NCBI GenBank assembly: GCA_013239625.1
Contig: MU053933.1
Location: 1,180,001-1,244,000, forward strand
Length of the DNA: 64,000 nt
Source: Lama guanicoe
Lineage: Eukaryota
Direction: 5' to 3'
Every line of letters starts with the position of its first letter. The first letter of the stretch is position 1. The notes beneath the pieces were generated by a model. The model did no database searches. It was not told where the DNA came from and worked only from the letters and a program-made list of their open reading frames with translations. The translations under genes and the position numbers were made by a program. Positions 13,817 through 26,430 of the stretch are shown here, one piece after another.

Positions 13817-14867
13817 TTAACCCTCCTCCCCAAATCCTACGGAGGCCACGGGAAGGCCGGCACAGACACAGGGACTCAAGCTGATCAGCCGTGGACGAGC
13901 CACGTAACCAAACTGAGCCTTGGTTTTTCCATCTGTAAAGCGGGCGCACTAAAGCCGACTTCAGGGGCTCCTGCCAAGTTGAGCCACAGCAGGTCCACAC
14001 CCGCTGGGAGCTAGCTGATGGTCTCTGTCCCCTGACGGAAGAGCACAGGGCAGCCAGCAGCTCTCGCGGGGCCGCTCCGGTGCAGCCTGAGCCCCCCGAG
14101 CAGAGCCGGGGGGTTGGCAGTGCTTGCTGCTGATTAGAGGATCCTCCACCGGGGGTAGGGGAGGCTCCGGTGATGATGCCTCTGGGGTGCATCGGCCACA
14201 TGGCCTCGGTCCCTCCCCTCGGTGGGGCCGACCCCCTAGGACCCCCGTGCTCTCTCCTCTCCAGCTCTCGGCCCCAGCAGCACCAGGCCTGGTCCCCCTC
14301 CAGGGCCTCCACTCCTCCACTCCGCTTCCTCTGGGACAAGGCTGGCGTCTACCTGGGCTACGTGCCCTGGAGAACAGTGACTGGGAGGTATACCCCACGC
14401 TCCTGGGTTCCTGGAAACAGCTTCCTGCACAGAAGCCCCTTCCCCACAGGACTTGGGCAAGACTCGAGGGTGACCCGCTTGTGTGCCCAGTACAAGGCCA
14501 GCCCCAGCCTCCAGATTCCCCCTCTTTGTCTCACACGAGAGATGAACAGTCTGTTGAAGCTGCGAGACAGCCACCTCCTGCCCAGCTGACAGCTGAGACG
14601 TCAGCCCACCCACAGCACGTCTCCTCCTCCTCACCAAAGTCCAGGACGCAACAGCCTCACTCTGCTGCGGGGATCCCAGCCTCCTCTCCTGCAGTTTCCG
14701 GCTCGGTTCTGCCCTGACACCTGCCCGAGCACGCCCCCCCAACCACGTCCGGGCCTCAGCTCACAGGCCACCTCCTCCCTGACACCAACTCTTGAACGCT
14801 GGCCAGGTCACCCCCTAGCTGACCAGTCGTGTGTGCATCCTGACTCCACCTGAGGTCATCTCGGTCA

Positions 14868-15176
<309 letters not shown>

Positions 15177-16225
15177 CTACACTTGGTAAAAGGTCACACG
15201 CTCATGCACGGACAAGCACGCCCGAAACCTGCATAAACGAAGGTACTGGGTTAACAGCTGGACCAGTGTTGCTTCCCGGGTCTGAGAACACGCCGTGGTG
15301 GGCCTCCAGGCTCCGGGATACCCCTTTCATGGGCCCCTGTCTCCTTCCACATTCTAGTGACTGGCCTCTCACCAGCAGTCCTCCCAGCTGAGAAGCTGGC
15401 GACTGGTGACAGGAGGGTGTGGGACAGCCCAGCTGCTGCTCAGCTATGAGCAGACTGTTACACCCGCATCCTCTGAGTGGCCCCAGAAGGTGTTTCCTCC
15501 ACCATCACCCTCAGGGACCGACCGATGCAAACCCCACCTTCTGCCCGTCTGTGCCAAGGATGTGCCACCAAATATCACCCCAGAACAAGCCAAGCTGACT
15601 TGCACTCCAAGAAATGCAGTGCTTCCTACAGCCTGGATTTCCCATGCGCCGTCCCACGGTTCTCAAACCCGGGTGACCCCGGTCACCCTGCAGGAACCCA
15701 TCGCCCCCACCTCCCAAGGTACTGACTCAGCTCCCCAGGAATGCCACCTTCCACCTCGGGACTCAAACAGGCAGCAGCATGGACCAGCTGGCAAGGAGCT
15801 AACATCAGAGCCATGTTGGAGGCAGACTTGGCAAAGGGAGGTGTGGACGCTGGGGTGAGGGGAGAGCCTGGACCAGGGCAAAGGGCTCTGGACCCCGGCC
15901 TTGGAGGGAGACCAAGCCCTAGAGGCGACCCTGCGGTTGACTCATTAACTAGCTACAGCCAAGGCAGGAGAGTGCACACCTGGGATGGAGGGAGGCTGAG
16001 TCATCCTGCCCCAGCAGGGGCTGTAGGGGCCAGAGGAGGGCGAGGCCGGGCAGGGTGGGGGTGGGGGCGGACGGAGACAGGGTTCCCGGCTCAGCACCAG
16101 GCCTGGGGGGCTGGGCAGAAAGTCCCCTGAGAAGCTTGCCTGGGGACATCAGGGCAGGCGTCAGGAGAAAGAATTTAACAATTTATCCCAAATGCTTTCA
16201 CTGTGATGGCCCAAGAGGCTTCTAG

Positions 16226-16602
16226 GCGTCTTAGAATCAACCTGAAATCCTTCCCGGGGAGGGGGCCCTGCCTCCCCCTCCCCTGCACGGCCCCTCTCCC
16301 CCCTCCCCTGCTCCCACCCTGTTCCTCTTTCTGAGCCCATCCCACCTTGGGACCATCTGGAGCCCCCTTCCCCAGATATCCACATGGCTGGCACTTTCTG
16401 CCTGTCAAAGGGAACCCCACAGCGTCTTAGAATCAACCTGAAATCCTTCCCGGGGAGGGGGCCCTGCCTCCCCCTCCCCTGCACGGCCCCTCTCCCCCCT
16501 CTGCTGCTCCCACCCTGTTCCTCTTTCTGAGCCCATCCCACCTTGGGACCATCTGGAGCCCCCTTCCCCAGATATCCACATGGCTGGCACTTTCTGCCTG
16601 TC
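16226..16602. repeat. Tandem duplication, 2 x 181 bp with 15-bp spacer
   Basis: 16226-16406 and 16422-16602 are identical except at about 2 positions. Confidence 0.95.
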
Positions 16603-17439
16603 CAGGTACCAGCTCTGAGGCCTCCCCAGGCCGCCAGGCCTCATCCCCGCTGTGCTCTCTCCGCCAGGACCCCCTAGGCCGTCTCCTCCTGGGATCTGGC
16701 CTAGTGTCTTCCTAGCAGGTGAACCCCAGCGCGTTGGGCCTGAGCCCAGCTACCCATAGCCGTGGGCCTGGACGGGGACAAGCAGTTTCAAGGCAGGAGA
16801 GCAACCCGCCAGGGCATTTTAGGAGGGTCAGGCTGATACGTGAAATGCAGGTGTGATGCTGTGTCACAGCCTGGATAGGAGGGCGTCCTGCCCCACCCAG
16901 GCCTGAGCTAGAAGCCCCCCGAACCATTGGGAATCCCTTCCCTGCACACCCTGACCCACAGCAGCCACCCGAGCCTCACCCAGGCCTTTCACCTCCAGCT
17001 CTGGTTTGTTTTGGCAGCAAGGGCTCAACTTGTATGGCCGGCGGCCAAGCTGGCCTCCTAAGCTCCCAGCATCAAGGTGTATTTAATCTGGGAGTTTCTG
17101 GGTTTGTACATTTTATTTCTGTCCATTGGCCCCACTGAGGAGCGCACCCACCTCCCCACGCCCAGTTGTGAATCTAAGTCAATAATCCTAAATGTTGATA
17201 TAGCAGTGCACACAGAGCAAGAATCAGACACCTAAAAGGTGTATTCTCTGACTCTTTTGCTCTACTCCCGGGAGGTCACACTAAGGAAGCAGAGGTTATC
17301 CTAGGATTTAGTAAGCTTGACTTGCATTTCATGAAGGGTTAGGGATTTTTGCCTATTTTTTTCTTTCCCACTTGTTAATCTCCTGCACCTAGAAAGGGCC
17401 CGAATACAGCAGCTGTTCGTGCACAAGGAAGATGCACAG

Positions 17440-17826
17440 ACGAAGAGAAAGCAAAAGATCACATGATGTCACTCATATGTGGAATCCAAAAAAAAAAAAG
17501 AAAAAGGACACTATGAACTCATCTGCAAAACAGAAACAGACTCACAGACATAGTAACCAGTCTTATGGTTACCAGGGGAAAGGGGGTGGGAAGGGATACA
17601 TTTGCGAGTTTGAGATTTGCAAATGTTAGCCACTATATATAAAAATAAATTAAAATAAACCAAGCTTCTGTATAGCACAGGGAACTATATTCAATGTTTT
17701 GTAACAGCCTCTAATGAAAAAGAATATGAAAACGAACGTATGTGTGTGTGTGCATGACTGGGCCACTGCGCTGCACACCAGAGACAGACACACTGTAACT
17801 GACTCTACTTCAATTAAAAAAAAAAA
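17440..17826 (+). mobile_element. L1 3' end fragment (cetartiodactyl-type)
   Basis: ATGTCACTCATATGTGGAATC..CAAAACAGAAACAGACTCACAGAC..GTATAGCACAGGGAACTATATTCAA..TACTTCAATT-poly(A); possible degenerate target-site duplication ATGCACAGAC/ACGCACGGAC. Confidence 0.85.
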
Positions 17827-18366
17827 CGCACGGACTAAATGAACTGTGTTCTGCACCGCAGGTCTTCACAGCGAGACGGCTGCAGACCCTGAATGCCCAA
17901 CACAAGGCTTATAAACCGTGGCTTGTGCGTCCCACAGTCTTGGTCCAACCACAGAGACCCCACGATGGAAAAATACTTCATGACCAAAAGTTAAGCAGGA
18001 AAGGCAGGCACGATCCTAATTACTGAAAAATAAGCATTCTCACCTCAAACAGGAGCGTGCAGCCAGACGGGCGTGGGTTTTAGAAGCCTCACCCCAAGCG
18101 GTCGCTCTGGGTGCGACCTGGGTGCATCCCTTTGTTTACTGAGTGTCTGCTTTTGGGCGCACTGACCTGGGTGCTGGGCTACAACGCAAACAAGACTTGC
18201 CCTCCCTGAGCCTCCCACCCCTACCCACCATCCATCCCGAGGGCCTGCAAAGGCTGGAGAGTGGGGGGGCCCCCCTAGGTCCACAGGGCTGTCTGGCTTC
18301 CAGTAACAAACTCTCCCCCACCAAGGGAATGGACAGACCGTCTTATGATCATAAATAGGGACTCAC

Positions 18367-18575
18367 AGGGCAGCATGGTGATGTGGAGAGTCGCTGACAG
18401 GCTTGCCCAGCTGCCAGGAGCACCTGCTCGGGGCATCAGGACGGATCCACACGTGCTCCTTGGCTTCCTTGTCCCCCGGAGGCCCCTTTTCAAGGCTCCC
18501 TTTCCCCAAGTGTGCCCCTGAGAGGTGGGGGCACCCTGCAGCCCTCTCTTCCACTTGGGGTGTCTCAGAAGGCAT
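18367..18575 (-). CDS. CBS: CBS coding exon 1 ([46 protein letters not shown]), heme-binding N-terminus
   Basis: ATG at 18575 in context CCCACCATGC; exon acceptor TGACAG| at 18583; 209 coding nt; donor GTGAGT; heme ligands C52 and H65 and the C15-P16 motif present. Confidence 0.98.
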
Positions 18576-18759
18576 GGTGGGATCTGTCAAAGGTAAGGGG
18601 AAGAATGTGGTCAGTTTGGGGTCATTTCCAAAAACCTGCAGAAGAGCCTGCTTTATGCAGCAGATCCTGGGAGCCCTGCTCACCAGCCTCCCTCCCCAGT
18701 GTGAGGCTCTGTTCATTCACGTAGCTCAGCAGGAAAAGGCACCGCACGCAGGCACCAGC

Positions 18760-19640
18760 TGCTGTGGACAACGGCTCAGGGGTTCTCAAAAGGTTAAACA
18801 TACAACTACCCTGTGGCCCAGCAATTCCACTCCTAGGCATTTATCCAAAAAAAAAAAAAGGAAACAGATATCTGCACACCACATTCACAACAGCACTGTT
18901 CACAGTAGCCAAAAGGTGGAAACAAACCAGCGTCCATCCCCAGATGAATGGATAAACAAAATGTGGTTTAGCTGTACAATGAATAGTATTTGGCCATAAA
19001 AAAGGAATAAAGTTTTAAAATCTTCTCAACATGTGAGTGCATGCGCCACCCCCCCACCCAAAAAAAGCAGCTTGATAGCTTGATGGTGGTGTCCTTTCAC
19101 AACATGTATGTAAATCAAAACACCAAGTTGTACACCTTAAGTATATATATAATTTTTATATATCAAAGATAATAGAGTTGTTTTAAAAAGATTACACTTG
19201 GTTCATATCTGGGTGTCCCCTCCAAAAAAAAAAAAAAAAAAAGACTGCATTTATATGATGGAAATAACAAGAGGAAACTGGATATAATAAATGTATTTTT
19301 ACCCTGAAAAAAAAAAAGGAATGAAACATTCTTAGTCAAATCAGCCAGACACAGAAGGACAAGGGCCGTAGGACTCTGCCCATGCGAGGGACCCAGAACA
19401 GGCAAAGCAGAGACACTAAGGGGTTAGGAGGGTCCCAGGTGCGGGGATGGGGGTGGGGGTGGGGCACTGTTTAATGCGCAGAAAGTTTGTTAGAAATGAT
19501 GAAAAGTTTTGGGTACAGGTAACGGTGATGGTTGCACAACACTGTGAATGTGTATGTTGCTACTGAATTGTACACTTACAAATGGTTAAAATAAATAGTA
19601 TATTCGGTGTATTTTATCAAATTTTCAAAATTTCATGGAA
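18760..19640 (+). mobile_element. Old L1 (L1MB-like) 3' fragments
   Basis: CCCAGCAATTCCACTCCTAGGCATTTATCC..GATGAATGGATAAACAAAATGTGG..GGTGATGGTTGCACAAC..CTGAATTGTACACTT. Confidence 0.8.
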
Positions 19641-19825
19641 CCTTAAAATAGATGACAAAAAAATGGAAAAAAGAAAAAGGAATGGGCGCCCTCAAAGAAG
19701 AGGCGGCGGGGCTCCTTCTGGGTGACAAGGTGCTTTCTCATCTTCAGAAGCCCTTTCCTGCCTCCTGTGATTTTCCACGCTGAACGGAAGATGAGTCCAC
19801 AGCTGGGCACAAAGCCATCACTCAC

Positions 19826-19911
19826 CAGGCTGAAGGCTGAAAATTCAGCACAGCGCCAGCTCTGTAAGAGGCCTTGAAAGCTAAACGTAATGCGGTCTCC
19901 TGGATGGAATC
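19826..19911 (-). other. CBS: Candidate CBS non-coding 5'UTR exon (exon 0/2 equivalent)
   Basis: Strong donor CTG|GTGAGT; CTTACAGAGCTGGCGCTGTGCTGAA resembles the human 5'UTR exon as recalled; acceptor CTTTCTGTTCCAG| is the best candidate but unproven. Confidence 0.6.
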
Positions 19912-20818
19912 CTGGAACAGAAAGGGTATTAGGGGAAATCTGAGTAAGTATGGACACCGTTTAACAATAATGTTCATGAACTGTAACAAAGGCACCGCAC
20001 TAATGTAAGACGTTAGCATTTCCCAGAACTGTGCGAGCGTGGGGGCGGCCTGTGGGAACCTTGTGCTGTGCGCCGCTGCCCCCAAGGTGCTTCAGAAGGC
20101 AGTTTTACTGTGAAAAGGTCGGGTGGGCCAGGCGGAGCTGGGCTGAAGGTGCAAAGGGCTCCTTCCTCACTTGGAGGTGAACGCGGAGGTTCTGGGACCC
20201 GCCTGCTTTCTCTTCGAGGGCAGGCACCGGCCGGGGTACCGCCGCCCCTCAGCAAGGGCAGAGGCAGTCCCAGCTGGTTCCCTTTCTCCCAGAGCAGGGC
20301 CAGGTGCAGACCAGCGCCAGCAGGTCGCCCTCAAGGAAGGAGGAAACCCCCAAGGCTTGGCAATCACATCCCTTTCAAATCCACCAGGCCTTGGCTGTGC
20401 TCCGCGGTCGCCCGTGGGGAGGTGATTCTTCCTTCTTGTAGAAGCGCCCCGGTCATAGACCTTTCTCCCCACCAGAGGCCAACAGGCCGGCGGCGCCCTG
20501 GCTGGGTGGGTGCCTGCTGGGCCGCAGGACTGGCCCGAATACCACGCAGTCCGGCCCCGCAGACCCAGGCAGCCCTTCGTCCCCTATGTGGCGACTTGCC
20601 TCGCCTTGCCTGGAGCAACCTCCCGAAACGTAAGGGGTTGCTGGGAACACAAATGAAACCGTTCGAGTCTCCGTGGGATCCACAGGCACGCGGCGGGATG
20701 CTCGCTTGGTGACCCAGGTTCAAACCCGCGGGCTGCGTCGCGCCCAGCCCGGCTCAGCGCCCCGCGGGCACAGCGCCCGGCGCGCCGACGCACGCACGTC
20801 CTGGGGAGGAGGGCTCAC

Positions 20819-20900
20819 CTGGCGCCGCCCTGCTGGCTGCCGCCTTAAAATGCCGAGACCCTCCTAGGGTCACGACACCTACCACCCCGACCCCGGGCGC
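20819..20900 (-). other. CBS: Candidate CBS alternative first exon (-1a-like); 5' end uncertain
   Basis: Donor CGCCAG|GTGAGC in the CpG island; TGCGCGCATGCA NRF1-like motif just upstream (about 20903-20914). Confidence 0.5.
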
Positions 20901-21734
20901 CCTGCGCGCATGCAGTCTGCCCCAAGGGGGCCAGTTAGGGCCAAGGGTGCGGACGGTAGTAAACTCCTTCAAAGTAAGAGTTTTCAGGTGGGAAATCGAG
21001 ACTACTGTGGATCTGGAGGCTGCTTGGTAACCCGGCCTTTGGCGGGGTGGGGGTGGCATTTGGGGATACAGTTTGGGAAAAACACCCCCAGGTAATCCTT
21101 GGGAGGCTAACTTTTGCACTCCCGCCCCTCCCCTTCCTCCTCCTCCATTCTCCAGCTTGGCCATCCGTCTTGCCTAGGGTTCGAAGTGGCGGTCGCAGGG
21201 CACCCTCCCCCACCCCCTTAGTTTGTGCCAGGGGCAGGGCCCCGCGGACCCCGCACCCCCTACCCCCGAGGGCACCCACCTCCCGTGCCGCCCATGCAAC
21301 TACGTCAATATTTTGCCCCACCCCCCACCCCCATCCCATACAACTGGCGGAAAAGAGCAATTTGCGAAACAATCATTTCCCATCCAAAATCGATGATGGC
21401 ACCATTACACTGTATCTCCCCCAAATTCCTCCCCGAGTCCCAACTCGACGCTCCCGGACTCGCGCCTCCTGCCGTCCCCTCCGCATCTGTGGGAGTTGGG
21501 AGTGGGGGCCCTGGGACACGTGGGCTAGGAACGCCTGGCTTAAGGACCGTCTGGACTCGCTGTAGGGGTAGGGTCCGGGACGCGGGGCGCGCGGGGCCCG
21601 GCCAGCTCTGCGGCGGGCAGGTGCGGATGATGCAACTCCCGCCGAGGGGTGGGGCGGCCGGGACCCCCTGCCTGGACCCCAACCCGACCGTTCCTCCTAG
21701 CGGTGGGACGGGTCTCGCCCCGGCAAGTGCTCAC

Positions 21735-21872
21735 CTGGACCGAGACCAGGGAAGAGTGGTGGGCTGGGCGCATCCGGGAGTGGTGAGCGTTGTCCCGGAA
21801 AGCTGCGACTCGGAGACGCGACCGGGGGGCTGGCGGGCTCTGCCGGGACCCGGCTGCCGCAGCGGAAGGAAG
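21735..21872 (-). other. CBS: Candidate CBS major first exon (-1b-like); 5' end approximate
   Basis: Donor GTCCAG|GTGAGC directly downstream of a CCAAT/GC-box cluster. Confidence 0.6.
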
Positions 21873-21875
21873 GCG

Positions 21876-21980
21876 ATTGGCTGAGGGGCGGGGGCGGGAG
21901 TCGGCATCCAGCCAATCCCGAGTTGCAGAGCGCAGGGCCCCCGCCGCGCTCGTCCCCGCCCCCGCTCCGCCCCGCCCCTA
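21876..21980. promoter_or_regulatory. CBS: CCAAT (21876-80, minus) - GC boxes (21885-21900) - CCAAT (21912-16, plus) - further GC boxes
   Basis: Motifs read directly; consistent with known Sp1/Sp3 and NF-Y control of the CBS -1b promoter. Confidence 0.7.
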
Positions 21981-22869
21981 GCTCCCTGCTCCCATCCCTC
22001 CCCCACTGCTGCACCTGGGGCCAGGACCCCAACCCCATCCCCCACTCTCCTTTGACGCAACCACCGTCCTGTGGTCCTTGTTGCCTTCTCTCCTCCCGCT
22101 CCCGGGACTCCGCCCTCCCTGCATGTCCCCTGCCGCTACCCCCTCCCCCGCCCCAGGACCCTAACCAGAACCGCGCATCCAGGGGCGTGCGAACGCTCTG
22201 TACCCATGTCCCGATTCTGTTTTACTTGGGTAACTGCTTGCTCTGCGGGAGTGTAGTAGGTATTTACTGATGAATTAAAAACGAGCGGTCGCAGAGGGGA
22301 GGGACTTGGAAGTGCCCCGAGGATGAGCCTCAGCACCGATCCTGCCTGCCGGGTCCCTCACGCCCGCCCTGGTCCCGCGACCACCGGGCACGGTTCTTTC
22401 TAAGGCGGGCCCAGCGCTTGCACGGTAGGCGCTGGGCACCTGGGCTTCGGATTCACTGGCGGGTTTGTCGTGGTCCAAGGGCCAGGCATGCACAGTGCTG
22501 CTCCATCCGAGCTCCCCGGTCTGCCGAGCCCGGCCACTGCTCCTACCCGACAGCCAGGGGACCTGAGCGCACTTGAACTTAGCCAGAAGCCACAAAGCCG
22601 CTGGGAACCGGGGTGCCAGCAGGCTCTCCCCTGCCACGGGCGCCAGAGACTGACAGCCAGGATTGCCTTGGCCGCTGGGAAGGCCACACTAAGAACATTT
22701 CAAACTGGGCGCACTTGACTTTTAGAGCCGGCCTGCCTCCTGAGGTTCCAGGGCTGAATGGAGAACCCTGAGCCCTGAGTTTCTTGAGTTTCTCCTGTAC
22801 ACTGCAGTGACTAAGTCAAAGGCGGAGCCTCCAAGCTTGGGCAGACGTGGATGATGGAGGTACTTGCCA

Positions 22870-23380
22870 GCACCCAACTATTTAGTGCCCTGGCCACATG
22901 CCAGCAGAACCAGCATCATACTGCTTGGGACACAGAGGAAGCTCAGACAAACAGGGCCCCTGCCCCTGTGGGGTGGCCATTCTAGGGGAGGGGGCTCAAC
23001 AAGATACAATTTCACAAAAAAACTTCCACTGATGAGAACTGATATGAAGGATGATACAGCCAGGAACAGAGAGAGGTGGCAGTGAGAGAGCCCTGCATCA
23101 TGTGGTCAGGGAGCCTCTCTGGACAGGTGACACTTGAGTGCTTAGGAACCACCTGTCCTGGAGAAGGTTGTCCCTGGCTGAAGACAGTGCAAATGCCTGG
23201 GGCCTGAAGGAGCACAGAGCACAGGGCATTGGAGGAACCAGGGAGGGTCAGCGTGGCTGGAGCAGGAACAGGAGGGTGGGAGGGGGTGCTGGGTCCTGAG
23301 GCCCTGCAGGTCCAGACCAGGACTCAGACTTTAGCCTCAGTGACCTGGGGCCCTTGGAGGGTTTGGGGGGGGTGTTGATT
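22870..23380. mobile_element. L2 LINE fragment (approximate)
   Basis: ACAAACAGGGCCCCTGCCCCTGTGGG..CATTCTAG..GGTCAGGGAGCCTCTCTGGACAGGTGACACTTGAG..GTGGCTGGAGCAG. Confidence 0.6.
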
Positions 23381-23459
23381 ATGCCCTGAATTATTTTATC
23401 TTGGCATAATTTCAGACTGCCACGAAAGTATGAGAATTCCCAGACACTCACTGACTCCC

Positions 23460-23815
23460 TAATGTTAAACTCTCACTGACCCCTGGATCATTTGGAAATA
23501 GGGTCTCTGAGTATATAACTGATCTGAGACGGGTCATACTGGGTAAAGAAAGGGCTTCTAAGTCCATTACGACTGCCGCCCTCATAAGCGGGAACTCTGG
23601 ACACAGACCTGTGGAGAGGACACGCCCGCGTGAAGACAGAGGCTGGAGTCGCACAGTCACAAGACAAGGAGCACTGGCAGCAGCTGGAAAAGGCAGGACG
23701 AGCCCCCAGGGCCCTCAGAGGGAGCAAGCTCTGCCAGCACCTTCATTTCGGACTTCTGGCCTCCAGAACTGTGAGAGACAGTAAATTTGTGTTGTTTTAA
23801 AACACCCAGAAAGCT
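23460..23815 (+). mobile_element. MaLR MLT1 LTR
   Basis: TTTGGAAATAGGGTCTCTG..CTCAGAGGGAGC..GGACTTCTGGCCTCCAGAACTGTGAGAGACAGTAAATTTGTGTTGTTTTAA. Confidence 0.8.
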
Positions 23816-24039
23816 CACCAGTGAAGGCAAAGGTAGGAAACTGCACCACAAAGCCAGCAGGGAGGGTAGAGGACAAAAGCAGTACCATCGTCTGTACCCA
23901 CAGAAAGCAGTTACCCGTGGGATGTGGGACCCTGTGCTGCCGTGCTGGTGCCTGGACAGACGCCTCCTCCAGCAACTGAGCACAGAGAAACTCTAAGGGA
24001 CTAAAAATAACTGTGAACATGCGGGTAAATTATGAACAG

Positions 24040-24366
24040 CAAAGTGCAAAAAGACCCCAAACCCAACTGCCACTTTCGGGGTGTTGGGAGCAAAAGCAGG
24101 GTACTATGCATGATCCCTGCACACAGCGCCACCAAGCGGGTGGGCCGACCACCTAAGCCACCCCTCCAGCCCAAACCCTGGACTCACCCCTACCCTCACC
24201 CCATGTAAGGGACCAGCTTGCCCCCAACTCAGGGAGCAAGCAAGGAAAATCGTTACTTGCTTTCGTTCTCTCGTGCTGAGTCCCAACACAGCCTTGCTTG
24301 AAGTTCTCTTCTGGTCTCTTACCGATTTCTATTGCTTAGGGAGTCCAAGAACCCTGGCCGGTAACA
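24040..24366 (+). mobile_element. ERV LTR 3' portion, family uncertain
   Basis: Ends AAAGCCTTGCTTGAAG-like..ATTTCTATTGCTTAGGGAGTCCAAGAACCCTGGCCGGTAACA. Confidence 0.5.
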
Positions 24367-24369
24367 GAT

Positions 24370-25740
24370 GTAAAAGATGACATCGAAAACAGTCATCGTG
24401 AGGGGAGGAGGGTACAAATGCAGGGTATTTAAATGCATTTGAAATTAAGAGATCAGCAACTTAAAACAATCATGTATATAAAACATCCAATTTGTTATGG
24501 CAGCCAAGCATTAAAATTTTCTTTTTAATTTTGACATAATTTCAGATGGTCAGGAAAGTGGCACGAAAAGCACAAAGAATTTCCAAAAGCCCTTCATCCA
24601 CATTTCCCAAATGTTACATTTTCATTACATTTGCTTTATGCTACTCTGTCTCTGTCTCTCTCTCTGACTCATACAAATAAAATACCAAGCTAACTGTCAT
24701 CAATTTATCTATCGTCTATCTGGTTTTTCTGAATGTTTTAGAGTAAGTTGGGGACACGATGTCCCTTTCCCCCCAACTTTTTGGGTGTGTATTTCCCAAA
24801 ACCAAAAAATTGTTCTCTATAACCACAATCCAACTGTCAAAATCAAGAAGTTAAACTAAAACTGCCCTAAAAAAAAAAGCTTTAAAAAACAAACCAAAAA
24901 AAAAAGTTAATGTTGATACAAAACTACAATTTAACCAGCAGACCTCACTGTGTTTGCCAACAGTCCCACTCGAGTTTGGCGTAGCCAGTCCCTGATCACA
25001 TGCCACACCCAGTGGCTGTGAGTCTTCAGCCATGCTGTGTATTACGACATTGGCATCTTTGAAGCGTATGGGCCAAGGACTTTGCAGGATGCTCCCTCGC
25101 TGGCCTGCCTCCACCCCGGGGACATGCTCTGCACAGAGACCACAGGAGCGGTGCTGAGTCAGTGTCTGTGCCCGTCAGGGCCACCTGCCATCTGTGCGTC
25201 CCTCCTCTGGCAAGGGTGGCTTGGCCCACTTGCCTCTCTGCTGTAAAGTTACCATTTTCACTCGTAATCAGTAAGCATCTTAAGGGAGATGCTTCGAAAT
25301 CATGCAAGTATCCTGGTATTTGTTACGTCTTTTTCTCTGCTTGCAGCTTCCATTCATGATTTCTGTCAGTTTCAATTAAAATGGTTGCCAAGTGGTGGAT
25401 TTCTAATTCCGTCATTCCTTCTACATTTATTATCTGGCATTCCACTGTAAGAGTTTTTCTTCTCCACTCATTTATTTATTTAACCAGTGTGGCTTCATAG
25501 ATCCTTTTCTAAAAAAGCCTACATTTTACCATTGAAAGTGTACAATCCAATGGTTTTTCATATGCAAACACTAACATTTAGTCTTCACAGAATTGTGCAG
25601 CCATCACCACAATTTAATTTTAACATCTGTGTCACCCAGAAAGTCATCCTGTACCCACCAGCAGTCATCCCTCATTCCCCCATCAATGTAGCAGCCAGGG
25701 GTAAACCACTGTTTTATGTTTTTGTTTATATGAGATGAAT
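24370..25740. mobile_element. Cluster of old L1 (L1MC/ME-like) fragments
   Basis: Typical motifs such as TTTTGACATAATTTCAGA, CCCAAATGTTACATTTT, AAAGTGTACAATCCAATGGTTTTT and TTGTGCAGCCATCACCACAAT. Confidence 0.6.
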
Positions 25741-26214
25741 TCATGGCTTCTTGCTTTGCTATAAAGGTTATAATCTTCTACTATCATTATTTTGATGGTA
25801 AAATGGCCCCAGATCAGGAATCAAGCTGGATCCTGTTACCTGAAGACTGGGTTCACCTCTTGGTGGGTGTCGACAAAGAGCAGGAGAAGGAAGGATGGAT
25901 GTATTACTCGCAACAAGTACGGAGAACACCGGGGTTCTTCCTTGATTAGATTTATTCCTACGGCTTTCATTCCTTGTGATTTGGGGAGTATGTCTTCTGG
26001 TTCATGAACGTGGGGTACCTATTACTTTTGGTCTACTCTACTTTTCCCAGCAATGTTTTGTCAGTTTCAGAGTATCAGTTTTGCACTCAGTAACATCTTA
26101 CAGTAAATGTCAAGTCCTCACCTTGTGAAAACAAGCCTGTTAGGGTCCGAGTTATTCCTCTGCGGGTCCTTCTCCACATCACCCTATCCTGCCTTCAGTT
26201 ACTAGCAGTGTTAC

Positions 26215-26430
26215 CACTAATAACAGCAACTAACCCTGCCCATGCCAAGCACTGTTCTAAGCACTGTTTACCTAAGGAATCTTCATAACTATCTCAGGAG
26301 GTGGGTGCTGTTTAACCACCACTTTACAGAAGAGGACAATGAGGCGTGGAGAGGCTGAATGACTTGCCCAAGGTCTGCAGCTAATGGGGAGCAGAGCCGA
26401 GAGTCCACCCAAACGGCTGGACTCCCGACG
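26215..26430 (-). mobile_element. MIR SINE
   Basis: GCACTGTTCTAAGCAC..CCACTTTACAGAAGAGGACAATGAGGC..GAGAGGCTGAATGACTTGCCCAAGGTC core. Confidence 0.75.

Larger units (their letters stand above)
20030..22500. promoter_or_regulatory. CBS: CBS CpG-island promoter region
   Basis: Dense CpG, multiple GGGCGG boxes, no TATA box seen; upstream of the first coding exon. Confidence 0.85.

Noticed and set aside
16226..16602. CRISPR-like or VNTR array
   Set aside because: Only two long units in a mammalian intron; no repeat-spacer periodicity.
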